17,872 nt of DNA, taken from assembly GCA_002104945.1 (NCBI GenBank), contig MCFH01000201.1, forward strand, positions 1 through 17,872, written 5' to 3'. Source of the DNA: Piromyces finnis finn (taxonomy: Eukaryota; Fungi; Neocallimastigomycota). Under the pieces are notes generated by a model, which saw nothing but the letters and a program-made list of their open reading frames with translations, was not told the DNA's origin and did not search any database. The translations under genes were made by a program, and so were the position numbers. Below, in pieces: positions 10,379-17,872 of the stretch; the stretch's first letter is position 1; each line of letters opens with the position of its first letter.

Positions 10379-11027
10379 CCCTTTTTATAAAGAAGAATTT
10401 TATCTTCCTTTTATACATTTTCATTTACTATTAAATATTATTATTACTATTGTTATTGTTATTATTTATTAAAATTAAAAGAATAAATTAAAATTATGTC
10501 TTAGTATTATAAAATATTATAGAATATTATTTATTTGATTTTCTTATTACTTCAAAATGTTTAAATTTAGAAAAATTATTATAAATTATCATTGACTATC
10601 ATTAAATGTATAATACCTCGAATAAAATAATTAAAATTTAAAATTAAATAATATTAAAATAAAATTAAAATAAAATTAAAATTTAAAATTAAAATAATAT
10701 TAAAATAAAATTAAAATGAAATTAAAATATTAAAAGTATCAATTATTATAAACACTCATTTTATACAGAAACATAAAAGAGTTCTGTATTTTATCTTTGG
10801 AATTGTTATTATTGTTCTATTTCCAGGTTTTAAGTTTATCATTTTAGTAATAATTGCTCAATTAGCTATTTATTAATTTATAAGTTTAAGAGAATTTCTA
10901 AAGAACACTTGGATAAACACTAGAATTAATAATTTGATGTATACCATTTTATTTTTTAGTTAATTTATTCATTTTTATTTATTTATTATTATTTTATTAT
11001 TTTAGTACATTATTGGATTAAGTCGTT

Positions 11028-11105
11028 TTATTTTATTTAATAATTTATTTTATTTAATAATTTATTTTATTTAATAATTTATTTTATTTAATAATTTATT
11101 TTATT
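11028..11105. repeat. Tandem repeat, ~4.6 x 17 nt
   Basis: Exact unit TTATTTTATTTAATAAT starts at 11028, 11045, 11062, 11079 and 11096 (partial). Confidence 0.85.
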
Positions 11106-11929
11106 ATTATCACTATTAGGTCGTTTTTACTCAGAATTTATTATATAATAAAGATAATATTATTTATTTAAAGAAAGGGTTATATTTTCATAAAATTATT
11201 ATTCATTCATCTTTAAGGGTTATTATTGTTTATTTTTATTATAAGTTACTATGGGTTAAGTCGTGTTGTCAAAATCACAATTCATGAAATTTGACATTTC
11301 ATGAAATTTCATAATTTTGAATTATTAGTTAAATTAATTAAAATATTAATTTAATAATATTTTACTAATAATAGTTTATTTAATATAAATATTAATTGGA
11401 AAGCTATTTATTATCCGGAGATAAATAGTGTAACAATTAATTAATATTAAACAAACCAATTAGTAAAATAAGATTCATTTAAATAATTATTAATATTATT
11501 TTTAACAACTTATTAATATCGATATTTAAAGAAAATTATATTATTATTATTATTATATTTTATTAATATTTATATTTATATTATTATACATGTATAACTT
11601 AAATTATATTATTATTATACTTTATTAATATCAACATTATATTAAAAATGAAGTATAAATAAGTTGAACAAAGAACAACTTTAAGAAGTTCTTTGTGAGA
11701 TTATTATACTCATTTTTATATAGTAAATTCAATATTTAAAATTAATAATTATCATTTACTTATATTATAAAAATTAAATAAAATATTTCTTAAAAAAACT
11801 ATATTTATTACTCTTTTATTTATAAAAATTTATTATTTACTATATAATTAAGCCTATCCTAACCTAGTAGACTTAATTATAGTTCTAAATCCACTCTAAC
11901 TCTTGACAATAATCTCACCCTACCTTAGG

Positions 11930-12412
11930 ATGGCAGAACAAAACTTTGCTAGCTCTTGGCAAACTATGGATGAAGTTAATCAACTCCGCGAAGATGCTAA
12001 AACTACTGCTGTAGACATTATGAACAGCGTTCAAGAAAACTTTGCTACTATTAGTCAAGTTAAAGATTTTGAAAAACATATTGAATCTCAGTTCCAAGAA
12101 ATTAAAAGAAATACTGCTAATTTCGCACAAGTTTTGGAATCGGTCTCTAACAATATCAACACCATTCAAGAGTATTTAAATAAGAATGGAAAACCAAGTG
12201 GTGGTCAGCCAGACCTAACCCCTTCAGTTGCCCCTTCTACATCTACAAAATATGATTTGGATTTTGATGTAATAATGAGATCAAAATATTTCACTCCAAT
12301 AAATCAAGTTCCAGACCCAGGTCTTTTTTCTGGTGATCCTCATGAAACAGAACTATTCTGTCAAATTTGTGAAGATACTTTTAGCACTTATCCTAATTGT
12401 AACGAATCATAG
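11930..12412 (+). pseudogene. gag: Truncated Ty3/gypsy gag N-terminal fragment from a second retroelement family
   Basis: ATG at 11930 (the track's TTG start is unlikely in a eukaryote). A coiled-coil-like N-terminus is followed by PDPGLFSGDPHETELFCQICEDTFSTYP, resembling the P-x-x-F-x-G-D...F...CE..F...P start of the sushi/Ty3-type capsid domain (compare FAGDRKYLKGFLAKIELVFLLYP in the downstream element). The ORF stops there and no pol follows. Confidence 0.6.
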
Positions 12413-12417
12413 AAATT

Positions 12418-12488
12418 AGTAACCTGTCTTAGTGGTTAGTAACTAAGACCTTGGTTTGAACTACTCGAGTTCGAAACCTCATTAATAT
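12418..12488 (+). other. Possible tRNA-derived relic (Gln-TTG-like) or structured RNA at the gag truncation point
   Basis: A-box-like TGTCTTAGTGGTTA (12425-12438) and B-box GTTCGAAAC (12469-12477) at tRNA spacing, with TTG at the anticodon position (12451-12453). Cloverleaf stems pair poorly. Confidence 0.3.
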
Positions 12489-12713
12489 CTTTTTTTTAAT
12501 TATTAAAATATTTTATAACGAAATTTTACCAAAGAAGATAATTTCTGATTGGCTTAAAAAATTAAGTTGTAAAATTTTTATAAATTTACTTTTAAAAACA
12601 TTTATATAAATACGAGTGAAATTTCTCAAAAAATTATTTTGAATTCGAGTTTTTATTAACAAAGAAATTTTATAATAAAAATAAAATTATTAAACACTAA
12701 CCTGTTATAATTT

Positions 12714-13268
12714 TGTTAAGTGTTCAATAATAAAATTTTTATTTGCTTTTATTATTTTCCTTTTTATATATTTGTGTTTTTATTTATTGAACATTAGTTC
12801 TTTACAATAAAAACTCCTAAAATATATAATAACACCTTAGTGTTTAAAAAAGGAAGAATTTTTAATTTATTAAAAAATTAAGTAAGTCAGTGAAGCTTAT
12901 TTTAACAATAAGGGTACTGAAAACAAAAGTAAAACCCACAGTTATTATAAGGGGAGCGCCAGGACGCTTAATTTAATAATAAAGAAAAAATTCATTTTCT
13001 AATAAAACGTTTTCTACTTTTAATAAATAAAATTAAATTTTATTTATTATTTTTGAAAAAATATTAAAATAACAAAGAAGTTAGGATTCAATACCTCCCT
13101 TAGCGTGGATAGTTGGACACCTATACGTAATACTTTGTTGTTTAGATATTATTAATAATCGGGGAATTAAACCTATTTTTTTTCTTTCCGCTTAATTAAG
13201 TAAGTGACAATAAAGAAACTAATACCGTTAATTCCTTTTATTGAAAATTTTCATTTCCAATATTAACA
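12714..13268 (+). repeat. Candidate 5' LTR (555 bp)
   Basis: TG...CA ends with a 6-bp terminal inverted repeat (TGTTAA at 12714 / TTAACA at 13263-13268), AATAAA at 13209-13214, and a PBS-like segment directly after. The 3' LTR is outside the window, so the 5' boundary is unconfirmed (TGTTAT at 12703 is an alternative start). Confidence 0.55.
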
Positions 13269-13282
13269 ATTGATAATATCTA
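13269..13282 (+). promoter_or_regulatory. Candidate self-priming primer-binding site
   Basis: ATTGATAATATCTA directly follows the LTR-terminal CA and is complementary to TAGATATTATTAAT (13143-13156): 13 Watson-Crick pairs plus 1 G:U. There is no TGG-type tRNA PBS at this position. Confidence 0.55.
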
Positions 13283-13508
13283 CGTTATCAACAAAGAGCT
13301 ACAAGGGACCTAGTATTGAATACTAATAAAATTAAATATTTGATGGTCCAATACTATTTAATTTGACTCTTTGTCTATATTTAAAATATTTTAATCAATA
13401 AATAATAATAAAGATTTAATTTTTTTTTTCTTTCTTAATTTCTTCAAACATAACTTTATCTTATTTACATAATTTTTATTTTCAAACAATTATATTTTTT
13501 TAATTTTA

Positions 13509-16500
13509 ATGGAAGGACAAATATTTGATAACGCCTCACTAAAAGACGGTTTCGCAGGAGACAGAAAATATCTCAAAGGTTTCTTAGCTAAAATAGAACT
13601 TGTTTTTCTCCTTTATCCCGAAAGATATCAAGATGAAGAGAGCAAGGTTATCTACCTGATTTCTCGCCTTTATGGAAATGCATTAAATTGGGCCGCTACG
13701 CTTATTGACAACCATGATCCATGTCTGACCAACTACCAAGCATTCAAGGAAAGACTAAAGGCATTCTACGGGAACAATGATGCAGTCTACGTAGCCAATC
13801 AAATGCTACGTACTCTCAAGCAACATCGTTTGGGCGGCATCAGAGGATACATCCTTGAATTTAACAAATACTCTGATGAATCTAACTGGAATGAAGAGGC
13901 TAAGATGGATGCTTTTATCGCTGGGCTCAACCAAGAAGTTGCAATGAAGATATTAGAGATGTTCCCAGGACCAAGAGATTTGTTTTCCCTCCAAACTATT
14001 GCAGCTAGAATAGACTCCAGACTTGCTACCAGGGGATTATTTTTTGACAAAAATACTAAGGGACCAAGTTCTAATTCCAGCAATGGCTCCAGAAAGGCTT
14101 CCACAAATCTAAAAGAACATCCCAAGAAGAAAAGATACTTTGGTCCGTTATCCAAGGAAGAAAAAGAAAGAAGAAGTAAGGAAAACTTATGTGTCTATTG
14201 TGGATCTCCAGGACACCAACTGAAAGATTGTCATAAGAGAAGAAATAAAAACTCAGCATTCGAATCTTTAGTTTCTCTACAAAATAATTCTACCAATTCC
14301 AAGAAAAATCAACAAGATAGGGTAACCTCAAATTTTAAATTATCGTTTGAACTAGACACAAAAATTCTTATAGACTCCGGTTCTACACTTAATCTAATAG
14401 ATGTCGACTATTGCAACGATCACAATATTCCCTACCACTATGAAGAAGATTTACCCAACGTATTCGGTATTGGTGGTAGCCAAAAACTGTTCGGAGTTAC
14501 TCCACTTCTTAATCTTCGCTACATGGATCACCTATGCCGTACTGTCTTTTACGTTACTGATCTACCTGTATATCCTTGTATTCTAGGTCTACGTTGGCTT
14601 AAGGAACATAATCCAAGTATTGACTTTGAAAATAATAAATTATCCTTTGGTTCTTCATATTGCTTGGATCATTGTATGACTCTCCCTTCGAATGTTCCCG
14701 AATTCCATCAGGAAACTTCTGTTTTTTCTACTGATTGCAATAACTCTTCTTCCGTTTCTTTGCCTATTTTTATTGACAAACCTAAATCTTCTTTTTCAAA
14801 TTCTAAGTTATCTCATTCTCGTAATCCCAAAGAAAATCGTTCTAAATCTGTCTTAATTAACAATGAATCTGTTAACGATCCTTTATCACAAGAGACTTGT
14901 ACTGTCATGGCTTCTAATATATCTCTTTCTAAAGTTGATTCTTGTTCACCAAAAAACTCTTTTAAAGACTCAAATCCTACTACTAAACTTCCGAAGGAAT
15001 TAGAATCATATATGGACGTCTTTAGCGAATCTTCTGCTGCTCAATTACCACCTCATCGTCCTTATGATTGCCAAATAAACCTAATCGAAAATGCCAAGCT
15101 ATTTTATGGACCAATCTACCCACTAACAGACGAAGAAACAAGAGTTTTGAAGGATTATATCGATGAAAACCTCAAAAAGGGTTTCATTAGGAAATCCAAA
15201 TCTCCTGCTGGTGCGCCTGTACTTTTCGTTCCTAAAAAGAATGGTGAACTCCGTCTTTGTCAAGATTATAGGGAACTCAACAAAATTACCATTAGAGATT
15301 CCTATCCTCTACCTCTGATTCAAGATATGCTAGAGCATCTTGGTAAAGCGAAAATCTTCTCAAAATTGGATTTACGATCAGCATATAATTTGGTCCGAAT
15401 CAAAAAGGGTGATGAATATAAAACAGCTTTCACCTGCAAATTCGGCCACTTTGAATACCTGGTAATGCCATTCGGACTGAAAAACGCCCCGGCTGTTTTT
15501 CAGCATTTTATCAATGATGTTCTGGAAAATATTCTAGGGATTTTTGTTTATTCATATATTGACGATTTAATTATTTTTTCTGAAAACCATAAATCCCACA
15601 TTAAGCACGTTATCGAAGTCCTGGATCGCTTAAGAAATGCTGGTCTTTATGCTAAGCTTGAAAAGTGTGAATTCTTTGTTTCCTCTATTGATTTCCTTGG
15701 TCATCGGATATCCTCTGAAGGTATACATATGGACCCCAATAAAGTTTCTGCTATTATTAATTGGCCAGTTCCGTCCAGTGTCAAGGAAGTTCAATCTTTT
15801 ATTGGCCTAGCCAACTACTATCGTCGGTTTATTCCTAATTTTGCCAAAGTTGCACAACCCCTTCACAGACTACTTCGTAAAAACGTTAAATTTGATTTTT
15901 CCTCTGAAGCTCTTGATGCATTTAATACCATTAAATCATTAATTTCATCTGCTCCCATCCTGTCTCACCCAAATCGTGATCTTCCCTTTATTGTTGAAAC
16001 CGACTCTAGCAACTTTGCTATAGGAGCAGTTCTGTCTCAAAAATCTCCTGATGATAAAATGATCCATCCTGTCGCTTTCTATTCAAGATCTCTTACTTCC
16101 GCTGAAAGAAACTATCCTATATACGATAAAGAACTTTTAGCTATTGTTAATGCTCTTGAAACTTGGCGACATTTTCTCAAAGGTGCTTTAACCCCGTTTA
16201 CTATTTATTCAGATCATCGAAACTTACTATATCAAAAGAAACCGGAAAAAATGTCACAACGTCTTGTTCGTTGGGCCCTTTTCCTTTCCGAATTTAACTT
16301 TAAAATTCTCTACCGCTCTGGTTCATCTAATGGTAAACCTGATGCGCTTTCACGAAGACCTGATTATATGGATTCCTCTCTTCCTTCTGATGCTCCTTTT
16401 TCGGTTTTACGCCCTGAGAATTTCTGCGCTTTGATTTGTTCCATTTCTTCTCTTAATGATGAAATATTATCTGAATATGTGAACGACTCTTTTTACATTG

Positions 16501-17150
16501 ACATTTGCAATTTTCTTGAAAATAAGAATCTCCCAGCTCCACATCCACAAAGTAATAAATTCTCCCTTAGTAATAGTTTTCTTCTTTTTGATAGTAGAAT
16601 CTATGTCCCTTTAAAATGCCGTCCCTCCGTTTTGAAACTCTGTCATGATTCCCCCTCTGCCGGTCATTTTGGTATCCGCAAAACTATTTCTTTGATCTCT
16701 CGTGACTTTTGGTGGCCATCCATTTCTATTGATGTTAAGAATTATATCCGATCTTGCGAGATTTGTTGCCGCTCCAAGCCTTCTCGTCATAAACCATATG
16801 GTTTACTTCAACCCCTTGAGATTAGTGACCATCCTTGGGCTTCTATTTCTATGGATTTCATTACTGACCTCCCTCCTTCGGATGGATTTAACACTATTCT
16901 TGTTGTAGTTGACCGCCTTACTAAAATGTGCCACCTCATTCCCTTTAAAGGTATTCCTTCTGCTTCTGATACTGCTTTTGCTTTTTTGAATTATATTTTC
17001 AAAATTCACGGTCTCCCCTCTGAAATTATTTCCGATAGAGGCGCGCAATTCACTTCGAAATTTTGGAAATCTATTTGTCAATCTTTGGACGTCAATGTTA
17101 AATATTCTTCACCATATCATCATCATCCAATGGCCAAACGGAGAGGGTAA
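13509..17150 (+). CDS. gag-pol: Gag-Pol polyprotein (capsid, CCHC knuckle, aspartic protease, RT, RNase H, integrase) in a single frame
   Basis: Capsid motif SKVIYLISRLYGNALNWA; CVYCGSPGHQLKDC (14190-14231); protease LIDSGST (D at 14373); RT LRLCQDYRELN and YIDD (15555-15566); RNase H ETDSSNFAIGAVL...DALSR; integrase HDSPSAGH...CEIC, SMDFIT, IISDRGAQF. The stop at 17148-17150 results from a local frameshift. Confidence 0.97.
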   Translation: MEGQIFDNASLKDGFAGDRKYLKGFLAKIELVFLLYPERYQDEESKVIYLISRLYGNALNWAATLIDNHDPCLTNYQAFKERLKAFYGNNDAVYVANQMLRTLKQHRLGGIRGYILEFNKYSDESNWNEEAKMDAFIAGLNQEVAMKILEMFPGPRDLFSLQTIAARIDSRLATRGLFFDKNTKGPSSNSSNGSRKASTNLKEHPKKKRYFGPLSKEEKERRSKENLCVYCGSPGHQLKDCHKRRNKNSAFESLVSLQNNSTNSKKNQQDRVTSNFKLSFELDTKILIDSGSTLNLIDVDYCNDHNIPYHYEEDLPNVFGIGGSQKLFGVTPLLNLRYMDHLCRTVFYVTDLPVYPCILGLRWLKEHNPSIDFENNKLSFGSSYCLDHCMTLPSNVPEFHQETSVFSTDCNNSSSVSLPIFIDKPKSSFSNSKLSHSRNPKENRSKSVLINNESVNDPLSQETCTVMASNISLSKVDSCSPKNSFKDSNPTTKLPKELESYMDVFSESSAAQLPPHRPYDCQINLIENAKLFYGPIYPLTDEETRVLKDYIDENLKKGFIRKSKSPAGAPVLFVPKKNGELRLCQDYRELNKITIRDSYPLPLIQDMLEHLGKAKIFSKLDLRSAYNLVRIKKGDEYKTAFTCKFGHFEYLVMPFGLKNAPAVFQHFINDVLENILGIFVYSYIDDLIIFSENHKSHIKHVIEVLDRLRNAGLYAKLEKCEFFVSSIDFLGHRISSEGIHMDPNKVSAIINWPVPSSVKEVQSFIGLANYYRRFIPNFAKVAQPLHRLLRKNVKFDFSSEALDAFNTIKSLISSAPILSHPNRDLPFIVETDSSNFAIGAVLSQKSPDDKMIHPVAFYSRSLTSAERNYPIYDKELLAIVNALETWRHFLKGALTPFTIYSDHRNLLYQKKPEKMSQRLVRWALFLSEFNFKILYRSGSSNGKPDALSRRPDYMDSSLPSDAPFSVLRPENFCALICSISSLNDEILSEYVNDSFYIDICNFLENKNLPAPHPQSNKFSLSNSFLLFDSRIYVPLKCRPSVLKLCHDSPSAGHFGIRKTISLISRDFWWPSISIDVKNYIRSCEICCRSKPSRHKPYGLLQPLEISDHPWASISMDFITDLPPSDGFNTILVVVDRLTKMCHLIPFKGIPSASDTAFAFLNYIFKIHGLPSEIISDRGAQFTSKFWKSICQSLDVNVKYSSPYHHHPMAKRRG

Positions 17151-17872
17151 AACTCCGTTGTTGAACAATATTTAAGATGCTTTTCTAATTATAAAGGAAC
17201 AAACTGGATCAACTTTCTTCCATTGGCAGAATTCAGTTACAATAATGCTGTTCAAGACTCAACAAAATTCTCACCATTCTTCCTAAATTATGGTTATCAC
17301 CCAAAATACTCTCCGGTAATTCCTGACCAAACGAATGTTCCAAGAGCTGAAGAGTTTACAAGAGACTTTGAAGACCTAATGGAGAAACTAAAAGAAAACT
17401 TAAAGAAGGCCATCCAAGTTCAAAAAGAAATATGCCGACAAGTATAGACAAGAACCTCCGACATTCAAGACTGTGACAAAGTATGGTTGGATAGCTCCTT
17501 GATAATTCATAAGGAAAAAAAAATTTAATCCTAGGAAAACTTGGCCCGTTTAGGATAATTAGTAAAATCCTCTAATCTCACTTATAAATTAGAATTACCA
17601 AAATCGCTGAAGATTTACCCAATTGTTCATGTTTCAAACTAGAACCGTATTATGAAGATAGTTTTGGAAGAATCAAAGATCCACCTCCACCTATAATAGT
17701 AAAATGAAGAAGAAGAATACGAAGTAAGAAGAAATACTTGATAAAAGAAAGCATTATGGGAAGATTCAATATCTAATAAAATGGAAAGGTTATCCGCTTT
17801 CAGAAGCATCTTGGGAACCTGAAAGTAATTTAAACTGCGATGAACTAATTAAAAACTTTAATAATTCACATT
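17151..17872 (+). CDS. pol: Integrase C-terminal half with GPY/F motif and chromodomain, broken by multiple 1-nt indels as sequenced
   Basis: Frame-hopping recovers NGQTERVNSVVEQYLRCF, WINFLPLAEFSYNN, KLGPFRI, IVHVS.LEPY and EYEV/EEILDKRKHYGKIQYLIKWKGYPLSEASWEPESNL (chromodomain from ~17715). No stop appears before the window end. Confidence 0.9.

Larger units (their letters stand above)
12714..17872 (+). mobile_element. Ty3/gypsy LTR retrotransposon, chromovirus, Tf1/sushi-like; 3' end runs off the window
   Basis: Candidate 5' LTR, PBS, single gag-pol ORF in PR-RT-RH-IN order, and a chromodomain at the integrase C-terminus. Confidence 0.93.

Noticed and set aside
2991-11105. Short periodic repeats (9-, 17-, 18- and 22-nt units) as a CRISPR array
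   Set aside because: The units are directly tandem without unique spacers, the context is eukaryotic and no cas genes are present.
12410-12450. Stop-codon read-through signal (TAG + 8-nt spacer + hairpin) for the gag remnant
   Set aside because: The same frame hits TAG TAA nine codons later, and no pol follows.
13344-13356. TGGTCC... as a tRNA-type PBS
   Set aside because: It is not preceded by an LTR-terminal CA, and the following AT-rich bases do not resemble the complement of a tRNA acceptor stem.
11915-17081. Short antisense or alternative-frame ORFs (11915-12169, 13799-14155, 14071-14259, 14401-14586, 16702-16908, 16803-17081)
   Set aside because: They are shadows of the gag and gag-pol coding sequence, with no independent motifs.

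Overview
Extremely AT-rich eukaryotic DNA with GT-AG introns. The composition and retroelement type suggest an anaerobic gut fungus (Neocallimastigomycota); this is inference only. The window has four parts. (1) An intronless tRNA-Ser(GCT) at 7-88 and an 89-nt near-perfect hairpin at 466-554. (2) An ~8.7-kb imperfect palindrome (1151-9873) with one symmetry axis near 5510-5535 and patchy arm identity. Its outer arms hold two convergent copies of a 4-exon, ~403-aa gene; the ORF track shows only its last exon. The N-terminal ~125 aa resemble a bacterial/phage helix-turn-helix-like domain. Each copy has a different single-base frameshift. (3) A truncated Ty3/gypsy gag remnant (11930-12412) ending in a structured, tRNA-like segment. 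(4) A Ty3/gypsy chromovirus of the Tf1/sushi type: candidate LTR 12714-13268, a non-tRNA PBS complementary to its own LTR (self-priming signature), a single gag-PR-RT-RH-IN ORF and a C-terminal chromodomain. Its last ~750 bp carry about ten single-base indels that look like sequencing errors. All alignments, translations and base-pairings were done by eye.
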